Source: Histomonas meleagridis 2922-C6/04-290x
Taxonomy: Eukaryota; Protista; Parabasalia
Length of the DNA: 64,000 nucleotides
Assembly (NCBI GenBank): GCA_020184695.1
Contig: JAANOX010000140.1
Coordinates: 1 to 64,000, forward strand
Direction of reading: 5' to 3'
Each line of letters begins with the position of its first letter. Positions within the stretch are counted from its first letter, which is position 1. This document shows positions 23,624 through 36,331 of this stretch, one piece after another. The position numbers were made by a program, and so were the translations under genes. The notes beneath the pieces were generated by a model that was given only the letters and a program-made list of their open reading frames with translations, made no database searches and had not been told where the DNA came from.

Positions 23624-26600
23624 TCATATGTTTCTCGATATGATTTCCATTGTTCGTTTCTTAATTTCTTCGTTAAATTCCTTTTGCTTCAGATCATAAT
23701 CGATGACTGCGTCTGCGCCGCCTTCTTTGTTCGGTGTGCCGCTATGTAACTGAGCTTCAAATAATTCGTTGTACCATTCTGTGAATGGCGAAATTTTAAT
23801 TTTACGAATGCTGTTCCATAAGTTCAGCACTTGACACCCATGAAATGTGAAATCGGTGATGTACAGTGGCGGAAATGTTAAATACGTTTGGAAGATGTCG
23901 ATGTTATTTTGAGGTTTCCAATTATGAATCGGTTCATTATAAATACTCATTAAAGGAAATGGAGAAAATTGTTTGTTCGTCGTTTTCTGTGGTAATTTTT
24001 GTGGTAATGAAACATCTGTCGAAACATTCTTCAAAAACATTAGCGCTGCTTCAGAATTTTCATTACTTCGTTCATTAATAGCATAATACGCAAGTGTCGT
24101 AAATTCTTTTTGGATTTCTGTGCGTTTTTATCTTTAATGATTTCACTACAAATATAATAAATCGATTCTTTGATATTACTTGGACAATATTCAATAATTT
24201 TTGGAATAAAATGTTAATATCATAAGTAAATCTTCTTCTTTAAGTTTCTTACTAAATGTTTCTGAAAATTTAATTAATGATTCATTGTTCTTACGTTGCC
24301 CATTCATAGCATCTTCAATAATTCGTCGTTCTGTTTCATTATGTTCATATTCAATTAATGATTTAGAAAGTTGTTGATTAATATTAGTATCAATACTTAA
24401 TGACCATCGATATGGAACTAAGACAAACGCTGAAATAGTTTTCCATTCACCAAATTTACGTAATAATTCCGTTTTATTATTAATTATTAAATTAATAAAG
24501 ATTTCAAAGATTTTTTCAATATATTCATAATTACTTAAATTAGCTGTTAATAATATATTAATTAATCCATGAAATTCATCTTGTGGTTGAAAAATTAAAA
24601 ATTATGTTTCGTTAATATAATAGAATGAATTATAGAAAGACCTGACTCATAAATACTTTGATATTCATTTTTCTTGACATTTACATGAACAAAATCCTGT
24701 CCAAAAGATTTCATTAATAAATTTATTATTATTCTTTGGAATATTATTTAATAATATTTTTAACCCAATAGTTAAATAATTGACTGCTGTATCATAACGT
24801 GGACGATTAGAATCACCAACAACTCGTAATAACCACATATCATCTGTTTGTTGTTTTTTATTAGGATTAGTACGATCATTTAATGATATTGATACAATAT
24901 GAAGTGCACGTAATAACATTTGAATAGATTCATTATTTAATAAATAATTCTTAAGATAAAATATTTTTAATGCATTAGTAGCAATACTTAAATTACCACA
25001 ACATAATCCCCATTCTAATAATAATTTTTCTTGACCTTCAATAAATGGTAAAATTTCATGATAATTCCATTCATTTTGTTGATGTGTTGGTGGTAATATA
25101 CCTGTAATTTGTGAAATTAAATTATTAGTTTCTTCATTAAAATTATTATTATCAATTAAACAATAAATTAAAATTTGTGATTCTAATGGTTTCATATATG
25201 ATAATGATGTTTGATTACCTAATTGTCGACATTTTATAATTAATTTTAATGAAAATATAATATTATGTTGATAATCAATTTGAAATTCTTCATCTTCTTC
25301 ATCTTCATCATCAATATTTAATTTAATTTCTTCATTAAGTTCATTAATAAATTTATTAATATTAAAAATTGTTCAATTTTACTAATTTGAATCTCATAAA
25401 AATACCAATGTTTAATAGAAAATCGTTGTGCTAATTCATGAATTAAGATTTTTTTGGTTTCTTAGTATAAAGATATAAACCAAATAATAATGAACTTTCT
25501 AAATATTCATTATTCTTACTTTCTAATCCATATAAACATAATAATAAATTATGTGGTGATGTATTAATTATAACATCTAAAATTGCTGCAATAGATTTAG
25601 TCATACCTTGACTATTACATAATATTAATAAACGTTCGACAAATGAATAAAGATTAAAACATTGATATGATTTCTCACAATTTAAACAAATACCATATTC
25701 TTTAGTATGAATTTTCATGGGTTTAAGCCATTTAGAAATAAGTTCAATAGAAATACTTGAACGTTGTGCATTATCATATTTACTATAAAGTAATGAATCA
25801 TCAGAAACTGAACTCTTTTTACGAAGAATTTTCTTATTAGAAATACTTGAATTATTATTATTATTATTATTACTACTATTAGAATAAAGTGAATTAATAT
25901 TATTATTACTACTCGATTTCTTACTATGAATTTTACGTTTATGTTTATTATTTAAACATTCATAAATAAATTGTTCTGAACAAAATTGAAAATATGTAGA
26001 TAAAAGTTCATTTAATTGTGAAAATCCTTTTTGTATAAATACTGATAATGAAATTAATGAAATAGATTTCTTAATTTCTTCAATTTTCTTTAATATAGTT
26101 GCTGCACCTTTAGAATTATTACGAATTAACATAACTATATAAACTATAGATGTTAAAAATCGTAATGCTTCATTTCGTCGTTGTGAATTTTTATTAACTA
26201 AATAATACATACATTTAGCTATTAATGTACCACAATTTTGATATATCATTAAAATTAATGAATTATTTCGTAAATCAAGTTCATCATAATTTTCATTATA
26301 ATTAATATTTTTAATTTGTGATGAAATAGAATAAAACATAGAATAATTTTTACGTGATTCTTTAAAAAAAAGAAATCTTTTTAATATTAAATAATATCGT
26401 GAAAAAATAACAATACCAAGTGTTGGATCAATTTGTTCAACTTTACGTGGTAATGTTTCAATAAATTCTTCAAAATATTGTGTCGGAATTGGTGAAATTC
26501 GTAACCATGATGATAATGGTTTTAATGATTCAGGTGTATTTAAATGATATAAATAATTAAACCATTTCTCTGTTAAAAATAATGATTCAATTTTAATTTT

Positions 26601-29464
26601 TACTACAAATATTTTCAACCATAAATTGTTCTTTATTTTTAACTGAATTATATATTTGAATTAATACTTGATTAATAACATGACAAAAATTATCTAAAAA
26701 TAATTTATTATTAATATTAGAAATTAATGATGAATGTAAAATTGTATAAATATATGGTTCAATCTTAATTTTATTATATGTTAAAAGTTCTCGTAATGTA
26801 AAAACTAATGATAATTGAATATTTTCATTCTTATTACATAAAAAAATGGTAATAAATATTTTTAATAATTCTGGTGGCATAGCTGAAAACATTCCAATTA
26901 ATTGAATAGAATTTTGTTGATATTTTAAGATATTTTTTTGTAATAATTTGTAATCGATTATAAATATAATATTTTTGGTATATTAGAATTATAATTAATA
27001 ATACCTGATATAGATAAAAGCATCGCAAATGAATTAAACATAAAATTAAAAATTAAAAAAATTTTATCTTTTTTTCAATTAATATATTAATTAAGAATTT
27101 AAATGATTTATTAATAACTTCTATTAAATCATTATCTTGAAATTCATGAATTAAATATTTACCAAATGATGAAATATAATAAATATAAAGTGATGGAACA
27201 TTCCTTTTTTTATTTTCTTTAATTGTTAAACTAGGAAATACTTTAAGTTTTTCATCACTAACAATACTAACTGCTCGAATAGATCGACGAATTGCATCTC
27301 GTGATATAATTTCTTCATAATTCTTAAGAAATGTACTTAAAAAGAAATTTTTCGGTTTCAAGTTTTTTACACATTTTTAAAACCATTTCTCGAATATATG
27401 GTAAATTCATACATAATCCTATAATTAAGACATATGTTAATGAATTTAATGTATTCTTATTAAATATAATCCCTTCATATTTAGATGCTTTAACTACCAT
27501 CTTTAATGTAAATATTAAAAATTTCAATAGATGTAGGACTAAGTTGATTTTCAATAAAAAATAAACAAATATATGAAATAATCTTTTCTGAATATTCAGG
27601 AAATCGATGAATTAATGCTTGTAATACTCGAATACCTAATGAACCAACGCGTGGAACATTTAATGGTGAATAACAAATACATTTTAATAATTCATCATTA
27701 GGTTCAATTAATACTATTAATCGTAAAAATGCATATCGTGTTTCATCAAATTTTAATGATAATAATGTATTAATTTTAGGTTGTTCTAATTCTTCCATTT
27801 TATAACTTTCAATAATAATTTGTTCATTATCTGTAACCCATTTAGAGATAGATTCAGTAATATTCTTAGGTTTCTTATGTTTATTAAAAATAGGAAATGT
27901 AGTATCACCAATAATTAATATCATATTTCGTAATGCTACTTCTTTTAGTTTCAACTGCTGATATTAATGATTTTGTAAATGAATTTGTAGTAAATGGAAT
28001 TTTTACATGTAAGACTAACGTTTTTTTATCTGGTTGTAATTCATTTTAAACTAATTTTAATGGCACGTTCATTAAGTTCAATAATATCTTCATCTGTAAT
28101 ATTAGAATTTATTATTAAAAATTCTTGAAGATTGGCAAAAATAGTATGAAATGCATTACAAAATGATATTTTATAAAAATTAAATAAATTAAAATCATCA
28201 ATTAATTGTGGTACAAATTTATGTAAAAAAATTTGAAAATCATATGAAGCTAATAATTCAAATAATCCAGTGATCTCTGAATGTGATTGATCAAATTGAT
28301 TACCTTTAGTTTTTAATAAATTTAATATAATGGGATAAATTTCTTCAAATTCTTCCGATTTCCATGAAAAATATGGATGTTTAAGTTTCATTTCATATGT
28401 ACAATAATATCGTTGAAAATAAAGTTTCATTTCAATAGATTCAATAATTGATGACGCTAATATTTTATTATTAATATTAGGTTCAATAAATTCTTTATAA
28501 AAATCTTCAAATTTTAAACGTTCGTGTCCATTAATATCATAATTAGTTAATAATGATAAAAATTTATATGAATTATCTTTAACTTTAACTTCTGTACAAA
28601 AATCAACAGTAGTATTATATATATTTCGAATAATTTCTTGTTCTTTAACTTTATTAATAGTTTGAATAGTAATATTTAACTATATACTCTGTACAATCAA
28701 TATGATACGATGTTTCTTTTGTTACTTTCTTTATAAAGTTCATATGATTTATTTAAAATATCAAGAATATTATTAATATCAATGTCTTCAGCTAATGTAA
28801 TCTTACTGAATAATATTATAAAACAATGCGATTGAATATCATTCATTTCATTTAATTTAGATAACTCACCCTGAAGACAATTTAATGTAATATCGGGACG
28901 TTTCTTTGAGATAAAATAAACTAATTTAGAATAAGCTTCCATTAATGCTAAAAAATATGCATTATTTAATGGAATAGATTGTAAATCCAAATAAAGTGAT
29001 ATAACTTTTTGTAAAACATAATTAAATTCTTCATATGTGTCTGATTGATTAAATAATTCAATAGTAAATGATGCTAAACAGCGACTTAAAAAAAAGCGAA
29101 TCGCTGTAATAGCAACAATATTATTAGGACTAATATTAGGAAAATAACTTAAAAACGCTTTCTTACCTGTGGAATTTGCTTCACTCTCTAATAATGGATA
29201 AGCTTGTGAAAAAGTAATATAACTTTGCATAGGATTAGAAGCTCCAAAAATAGCACAACTTGTAAGAAATTTCATTAATGAATCATCATTAAAACTAAAT
29301 CTTTGTAAATATTTCAAGAAAACTTCTCCTGAACTTTCACTATTTAATTCAACAATCTCTGGTAATTCATCTAAAAATCGTTGACAAATAACAGATAACG
29401 CTGTAGAAAATGATTCTAATTGTTTAGCTAATATTGACGTTGTGGTTTCATTGCTTGGTTTCAT
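23624..29464 (-). CDS. Large ARM-repeat protein, Furry/MOR2-PAG1-like (~1940 aa), left copy fragmented by many frameshifts
   Basis: At least 9 consecutive ORF pieces are co-linear with the right copy. N-terminal FNDDSLMKFLTSCAIFGASNP and IRFFLSRCL resemble the MOR2-PAG1 N-terminus; size fits the family. Confidence 0.45.
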
Positions 29465-29692
29465 CTAGTTTTTTTTTGTGTACTTTGGGGTGCCCCTCGC
29501 TGTCAAAAATGGTGTGAAAAAAAAATGCCCAAGAAAGTTTTCAGTGGAAAAATGGTCATATGCTTTGTTTCCTTAATATAAATGCCACGACCTTTCAATG
29601 CTTTTTTGACAGTTTCAAAGGAATAAAAATGACAATTTCTAGAGAACATTTTATTGAGAGATTTAGTCACATATTTATATTTTCCTAATATA

Positions 29693-32600
29693 TTATTTTG
29701 TCTTTTGATCACAATCTATTTGTATTGACTTTAAGTAAATTGTTCCTTTAGTACAAATCGTCAAAAGTGATTCATTCATATTATCAAAATCGAATCCTAA
29801 AACTTTTTCTTCTGCTTTAAACAACATACTTACACGGTCTGGATAATACGCTTCAAAAACATATATTTCATTTTCTTGAGTCGAAAATGCAACATAGTCA
29901 AATCCGTCATTCCTTGTGAATGTAAACCATTGTTGTACATCATAATCAAAGTTGGAAACTTTAATTATTTCCCCATGAATATTCATTAAAACCAATTTAT
30001 TTTTAAATAACAACAAAACAATTCCCCATAAATGTGTCATTAATATTTTCAATACTTCCGTATTAAATTTAGTATGACTTATTTTATGTAGATTATAAAT
30101 TCCAAAGGTTACAACAGATCCATTTGTTGTCGCATAAATGATAACTTTAAAGTTCCAATTAACATGAACAGAAACAATTGAAGCAGTTGTATTCCATAAA
30201 ACAACTGGTTGATTTGGAATTTCAACCGAAGCAAAAGTTGATAAATTTGGACAATAAACAATAAAACCATTTTTTACATAAATATAATTAGTTTCTGACT
30301 TTAATGAAAATGTTTTCGATAATTTTGCATCAGATGATAAAAAAGTAATTAATCTTTTTTCTTTTTCAAAAACAATGAATTCTTTTGTATCACAATCCAT
30401 TGTCAAATTCCCTTTATATGGTATCGAATCAATTATTTCATATTGACTTGAATTAAAATCATTTGTTTTTATATTAACTTTTATTAAATTTCCATTTTCT
30501 AACGTTAGTAATAAATTAATTTTTCCAAGTGAACTTATACTTGCTTTATTATTAACAATTATTCCTGGATAAGTAATTTTCATTAATTGTTGATTTTTAG
30601 AAACAAATTTATTTCTTTTTGGATGAGAAGAAATGAAAATTTGTCGATGTGGAATAGAAGAATGTTTTTTTCCAAAATTTTTATCGATCCATTTATTTAA
30701 GTTTGAAGAAACATATTCACTTTCTAATATTTTTCGATTTAAATAAATAAAATCAAATGTATTTGAAGCCCATTTTGGTAATAATTTATTGCTCCATGAA
30801 TATTGGAAGAAAAATATATCTGATACAACTGATGGCTTATTAATTATCCATGATGGATCATATTTATCATTAAATGGAATTTTTATATAGTCGACAATTG
30901 GATCTTTATATGAATAATTAAATGATTTATCACTTGGATTCAACGAATTAAAATCAGAAAGAATTGATGGGAAAATTGGATAAAGATTAATATCATTAAA
31001 ACTTCGACCACTTATTAAATTTATTTTTAGTATATATTCAAAATTAGACATTAAATGATTACACCATTTATATGTAAGATTCATTGATGCAAATAAATCT
31101 GATGAAATTGATTTTTGCAAAAGTTGAATTGATGGAAGAGAAACGTCTAATAATGCCTTAAGAACTACTGAATATTCAATGTCTATAAAATCAAGAAAAT
31201 AATTTTTTCCATTATTTAAAAATATTTCAATTCCTGAGCTTCGATTACTTATTCTTCTTGTTAAAATCATAATAATATCTTTTAAATTTATGATTTTATT
31301 ACATAATGTAATTTTCGATTCATATAAATTAAATAAATATTGCGTTGTGCATGAAAGTTTAATTCGAAAACATTTGTGCGTAAAAAGAGGAGATTTAGGA
31401 TTTGGTTCATTAATAACAGGTTTTTTAGTTGAGTTTACAATTAAGTATGGTAAACAAATTGGTCCCAATTGAGATGAACGTTTTTTAGTTGGAAGAATAT
31501 GCTCAGGAATATCAAATTTAAGAAATGCATTATTAATATCATTGTCTAAAATTTGAAATGAAACATTTTTGAAATCATTGAACGTTATTGTTACTTTTGA
31601 CAAAATAATTAATGCATTACGAATTGTACTAATTATTGATTGAGATAACTTTTTAATATTATTTTTGATTTCAGTATCATATAATGCTTGAAATGATTCA
31701 AATGTATTATTAATAAGTTCAAATTTTTCCAAATCAATGTCTACTCTATTGGAAAAATATTCTAAAATAATAAACAAATGACTTAAATTAGAAAGAAGAT
31801 CTTTATGTGATTGATATATTTTAATTAAAAAATTAAGTTTTTCTTGTTTATAATATTTAGTTGAAAACTTTAACATATAATTAGTAAAGTTTGAAGCAAA
31901 GAAATGTTCAATATGACCAATGCTTGTTAATGGAGGATATGAAATATTATCATTTTTTGTAATTTGTTTTGTATAGAAAATAGAGTTTTGGTATTCATCA
32001 TCAATATCATCAATTTCTTTTGGCAAATAACACATAAATAATGAACAAAAACATTTAATAAAACAATATTCATATAAATCAGCATGAATAACTTTGGATG
32101 ATAATATGTTTGTAGAGATTTGATAACAAAAATCATAATCATAATTATATGCCGCTTCAATCAATCCAATAATTTGTGTTATTTCATCAAAATATTTAAT
32201 TGGTTGTTTTGAATGCATAATTAATGAAGACAAAAATTTCCCATTTACATACATATCATTTTCTGTCCCATTTAAAGCAATTAATAATGGAAACAAATAC
32301 CAAAACTCTCTAAAATCAAATATTTTCTGATTGATTGAATGTAGTGAAGCAGAAACTAAATTAAGATAATTTCCTTTCAATTCTAATGCAATAATTGAAA
32401 GAAAGAAATGAAAGTTTGGATATTGCGGAAGAAATGCAGTGATTCGCTCAAATAATAATGGTAACATTTTACTAGATGTTAATGCTAATGCAGCAGCAAT
32501 CATTTTCTGTGATATTTCATTTCCACTCATTTTATATATAACTAAAAGTACCTTTTCTACAATATCAATATTTTCATGTGTCAAGAAATGATATAATGAA

Positions 32601-35600
32601 TTTGTACTTCTGTTGTTTTGTATTTCAGATAAAAAATTATCATCAATACAAAGAATAATATCAAGAAGAGATGATATTGTTTGATAAGAAGTAGAATTAT
32701 ATAAATGATATAGAATAATATCAATATCTGTGTTTTCAATATTTAATCGAACAATTCTTTCAATTAAGCGTTGGAAAATGCTACGACATAAAATAATATC
32801 ATTTTTCGTATATTTTGATGAGAATACACAAAAATCTGGGATAGAAATCTCTGGAATAAGTTTTTCATTATCTTTAAAACAAAAAATAATGATAAATTGA
32901 TTTAGTAATGTTCTAAAAATTGACATTTCATGGAATAAGTATTGATATTTAATAACAAATGAATGTGATAAATAATTTAGAACTGCTTTAAGTGTTTTTG
33001 GATCTGATCTTGTCCATAACCACATATTAAGAAGAAGACTTTCGATCCATTTATGTAAAAGTGGCTTATATGTAATATGTTCGAAAATAGAAACAATTAT
33101 TAAAAACATATCATAATTTAATAAATTTATATTTGACATTAAATAATTATAAATATTATCAACAGAATTAAACGAAAGTTGTATCTCATTTGATAATGAA
33201 AACATACCATCAATAATACATAATAATTTTTTTGGATATTCATCAAATTTATAGGGAACAAATTTCTTAAAGAATGAACAAAGAGAATTTATAAATCTTT
33301 CATTCAGAATAAAATCAATAATATTTGCTGAATATTTTTCATACATATTATTTGATTTATCTTTATATATCGTTTTTTCGTTAAATGTAAAATTAAAAAT
33401 ATAACCAATTTCATTTCCAATCCATTCATTTGATGCATTTTCAAATCCGCCAATAAATAATTTAAAATTATCAGAGTCAAATCCTTCATATCTTAAAGAG
33501 ATACCACGAAACTGATTACCATTAATTTTAGGTACAACATTTAAAATATCTTGATTATGTTCAAATGTAATTCGAAAATTAAAATAACCTTTTGAAAGTG
33601 GTAAAATTCTAACAATTTGAAATACAGCTCTTGTTAATTGATGTTCATAACATAAATAAAGAGAAGATTGATTCAAGAATATACTAATTGAAGTTTGATT
33701 CATATCATCTAAAATCGTAAAAAGATACAATGAAATATTAGAAGAAAAAATTGATTTTAAATCAATCATTAAATCAAAACTGATTTTAATATCATTATCA
33801 AGTGTTGGTTTATCAATATTAAATGATGTTAATAATTTTGGTATTGCTCCAACATTAAATCTATTTGAATCAATTCCTGATGAATAAACAATGGACTTTA
33901 ATAAACAATCAGCAGATATTAAACTAATTTCATCGATATTATTGGTAAGAATTTTTAAAAATTGATTAGCTGTTCCATAACTTGATTTATGAATAATAAT
34001 TTTGGATAAAAATGGTAAAATAATTTTTTTAATTTCTTTAAATGAAAATTCAAAATTAATATTCATTCCTCGATAATTTACAGAACCATTTTTCGATTTC
34101 AATGAAACAAATTTTATTAAAATATAATCTAAATCACCTTCGACACAATATTTATAATTAATTTCTGAATATTTACATAATGAAATAAATTTTTCAAGGA
34201 CTTTTATATGTTGTTGGCTACCTTCATAAGTTTTAAGAATTAATGGAATAACAGAAGGTTTTCGAATATGATAAAAATTTGAACAATTATTCGAAAGGCT
34301 TAATAAATTATTTAAATGTTGAATAGTTTCTTTTGATGGAATTTTGCCATCTATTGTTTTAATACATTCACCAAAAAGTTGCAAATATTCGAAAGAAATT
34401 GGATCCTTTTGTATTTTTAAATGAATTTCAAGAATTGATAAACATGTATCCAAAAATTCTTTTTTAGTAATTAATTTTAGTAGTGTGAAAATGTTTGTGA
34501 ATATTGTCTCAACATATTTATAAATTGAAATATTATTTATAATAGATGAATATAATGAATCAGATACTTTTATACATAAGTTAATAAGCATTTGATTTCT
34601 TGAATTATAATAACATTTTTGAAAAAAAGTTTTTAAATGTTTTGTTGTGACAGAAAAATTCAGATTTAAAGAGTTTGATAAAACATTTCGGAGAGAAATT
34701 ATAAGCATGTCAGAAATATTTTTTTCAGTAAGATAAATCATGTAATAATTCATGAAAGATGATTTTGTAAATGATTGAGCATATCCACTTAATTTAAGTA
34801 AAATATTTACATTATCTTCATATGCTTTTTGATTAAACTCTGATGTATTATATGTTTGATAATTATAAATAGATGTTTGCGAAAGCATGTTAAGGTTATC
34901 ATTTTCTAATAGAATTGAAATATCATAAAATTTATGGTAATAAATAATTCGAACAAATAATTCTGTTTGTAAAATTGGATATTTTGATGAATTATTTAAT
35001 AATAAAAATATTTTTTCTGGATCTATTTTACCAATTATTTTTATTACTTTGTTTCTTAAGAAGTTTATAAAATAATCAAGTTTTTGATCACTATATATTG
35101 TAAGAGTTGGCATAAATATGATGGTATCAATAATAATTAAAATAAATTGATTTAATAATGATTTATTTGAAATTATTTCCATTATTATAATTAATGATGC
35201 ACAAAATTGCAAATATCTTCCATCACTTTTTAAAATAGAAATTAAACCTGTATAACTCGAAAAAAATTCGGATGAATAAATTGGTAAAGATTGACGTAAG
35301 CATTCGCCAATACATTTAATTGTATTTAGTGCATTGACGCCAAATAAACCTTTATATTTAATTGTATTATGAATATGATTAAGAGAAGAAAAAGTGATAG
35401 ATTTTGGAATTATTTCTCTTTCATCTAAGAAATTTAATGAAGAATCAATTGACAAAGATTTTGAAAATTCATATGAAACATCATTAATATTTAATGAAGT
35501 TGATATTTCATTATGTCCAAGAAATAATAAAAGAGATGAAGGAAGAGCTTTAAATAATTCTATAAAACCTTCTGATTTAAGTTTCCTCCCGACCATAGAA

Positions 35601-36331
35601 AGAATATTTAAACAACGCTTATCAAGGCTTTGAATATGAACTTTGAGAATTGGTTGAAGTAAATCAATTTGTTCCCAATCAATACATTCCCTGTTTTCTG
35701 AAATAAGGGAAGAAATTGTACAAATCAAAGAGGATTTGGTTTCTGTTGAACCGATTTTGTTGACAAAAGTAAAGAAACGAATCATTGTCATGTAAATATT
35801 GTTCTGAAGAGATGTATCAAGAATTAAAAAAGAGAAAACAAGTTGAAAAGCATTTTCGTTCCATTGAATTACATTTGGTTTAATGGACGTTTTCAATAGC
35901 TTCATGAATGCATAAGAACATACAAAAGAAATTTTAGGATTTAAATTAAACGTTTGAAATAATATATGCATCAAGGAAATAAATTCATCTATAGTTCGCT
36001 TGTGCTTATCATCAAAACACCAAGAAATGCAAATCCAAGATGAACATGCAAATAAAAATTCATTATACTTGTTATGACATTTAATTTCATTATTCAATGC
36101 ATCAATAAAATTTTGATTAAACGTAAAATCAATTTGTGCCTTTTTGATGCATGTTTTCATGGATTTCTCTTTTTTAGATAAGTTACTAAATTTAGTGATA
36201 TTAGTTTTTTCAAAATTTGGAAAACATCGAAAATTTTGCGTTTGAATTTGCTTTTCCTTTCCTATTTCTCTAATCTGTTGTATTTCATTAAGCAATGTTA
36301 ATAAAGGATATCTTTTTTCATTAGTCGCCAT
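29693..36331 (-). CDS. Beige/BEACH-family protein (2212 aa): ARM region, PH, reduced BEACH, WD40-like C-terminus; single copy, uninterrupted
   Basis: KWCNHLMSNFEYILKINLISGRSFNDINLYPIFP and LPKWA..FDFIYLNRKILESEYVSSNLNKWID are BEACH signatures, preceded by PH-like IEIFLNNGKNYFLDF. Confidence 0.9.
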   Translation of the reverse strand: MATNEKRYPLLTLLNEIQQIREIGKEKQIQTQNFRCFPNFEKTNITKFSNLSKKEKSMKTCIKKAQIDFTFNQNFIDALNNEIKCHNKYNEFLFACSSWICISWCFDDKHKRTIDEFISLMHILFQTFNLNPKISFVCSYAFMKLLKTSIKPNVIQWNENAFQLVFSFLILDTSLQNNIYMTMIRFFTFVNKIGSTETKSSLICTISSLISENRECIDWEQIDLLQPILKVHIQSLDKRCLNILSMVGRKLKSEGFIELFKALPSSLLLFLGHNEISTSLNINDVSYEFSKSLSIDSSLNFLDEREIIPKSITFSSLNHIHNTIKYKGLFGVNALNTIKCIGECLRQSLPIYSSEFFSSYTGLISILKSDGRYLQFCASLIIIMEIISNKSLLNQFILIIIDTIIFMPTLTIYSDQKLDYFINFLRNKVIKIIGKIDPEKIFLLLNNSSKYPILQTELFVRIIYYHKFYDISILLENDNLNMLSQTSIYNYQTYNTSEFNQKAYEDNVNILLKLSGYAQSFTKSSFMNYYMIYLTEKNISDMLIISLRNVLSNSLNLNFSVTTKHLKTFFQKCYYNSRNQMLINLCIKVSDSLYSSIINNISIYKYVETIFTNIFTLLKLITKKEFLDTCLSILEIHLKIQKDPISFEYLQLFGECIKTIDGKIPSKETIQHLNNLLSLSNNCSNFYHIRKPSVIPLILKTYEGSQQHIKVLEKFISLCKYSEINYKYCVEGDLDYILIKFVSLKSKNGSVNYRGMNINFEFSFKEIKKIILPFLSKIIIHKSSYGTANQFLKILTNNIDEISLISADCLLKSIVYSSGIDSNRFNVGAIPKLLTSFNIDKPTLDNDIKISFDLMIDLKSIFSSNISLYLFTILDDMNQTSISIFLNQSSLYLCYEHQLTRAVFQIVRILPLSKGYFNFRITFEHNQDILNVVPKINGNQFRGISLRYEGFDSDNFKLFIGGFENASNEWIGNEIGYIFNFTFNEKTIYKDKSNNMYEKYSANIIDFILNERFINSLCSFFKKFVPYKFDEYPKKLLCIIDGMFSLSNEIQLSFNSVDNIYNYLMSNINLLNYDMFLIIVSIFEHITYKPLLHKWIESLLLNMWLWTRSDPKTLKAVLNYLSHSFVIKYQYLFHEMSIFRTLLNQFIIIFCFKDNEKLIPEISIPDFCVFSSKYTKNDIILCRSIFQRLIERIVRLNIENTDIDIILYHLYNSTSYQTISSLLDIILCIDDNFLSEIQNNRSTNSLYHFLTHENIDIVEKVLLVIYKMSGNEISQKMIAAALALTSSKMLPLLFERITAFLPQYPNFHFFLSIIALELKGNYLNLVSASLHSINQKIFDFREFWYLFPLLIALNGTENDMYVNGKFLSSLIMHSKQPIKYFDEITQIIGLIEAAYNYDYDFCYQISTNILSSKVIHADLYEYCFIKCFCSLFMCYLPKEIDDIDDEYQNSIFYTKQITKNDNISYPPLTSIGHIEHFFASNFTNYMLKFSTKYYKQEKLNFLIKIYQSHKDLLSNLSHLFIILEYFSNRVDIDLEKFELINNTFESFQALYDTEIKNNIKKLSQSIISTIRNALIILSKVTITFNDFKNVSFQILDNDINNAFLKFDIPEHILPTKKRSSQLGPICLPYLIVNSTKKPVINEPNPKSPLFTHKCFRIKLSCTTQYLFNLYESKITLCNKIINLKDIIMILTRRISNRSSGIEIFLNNGKNYFLDFIDIEYSVVLKALLDVSLPSIQLLQKSISSDLFASMNLTYKWCNHLMSNFEYILKINLISGRSFNDINLYPIFPSILSDFNSLNPSDKSFNYSYKDPIVDYIKIPFNDKYDPSWIINKPSVVSDIFFFQYSWSNKLLPKWASNTFDFIYLNRKILESEYVSSNLNKWIDKNFGKKHSSIPHRQIFISSHPKRNKFVSKNQQLMKITYPGIIVNNKASISSLGKINLLLTLENGNLIKVNIKTNDFNSSQYEIIDSIPYKGNLTMDCDTKEFIVFEKEKRLITFLSSDAKLSKTFSLKSETNYIYVKNGFIVYCPNLSTFASVEIPNQPVVLWNTTASIVSVHVNWNFKVIIYATTNGSVVTFGIYNLHKISHTKFNTEVLKILMTHLWGIVLLLFKNKLVLMNIHGEIIKVSNFDYDVQQWFTFTRNDGFDYVAFSTQENEIYVFEAYYPDRVSMLFKAEEKVLGFDFDNMNESLLTICTKGTIYLKSIQIDCDQKTK

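Larger units (their letters stand above)
1440..29464. repeat. Left arm of >=27.5-kb inverted duplication
   Basis: The last 40 nt of the window reverse-complement to 1440 onward (GAAAATACGGTTTCTGCTTTG...). All 11 genes and the 102-bp array recur in mirrored order and strand. Near-identity ends at the Furry-like ATG (29464 vs 36507). Confidence 0.97.

Noticed and set aside
23624-29464. Non-standard genetic code, programmed frameshifting or tiny introns explaining fragmented genes
   Set aside because: Breaks are 1-2-nt indels in homopolymers at different positions in each arm, not in-frame stops or GT-AG segments. The 2212-aa BEACH ORF reads through in the standard code and genes end at TAA/TGA.
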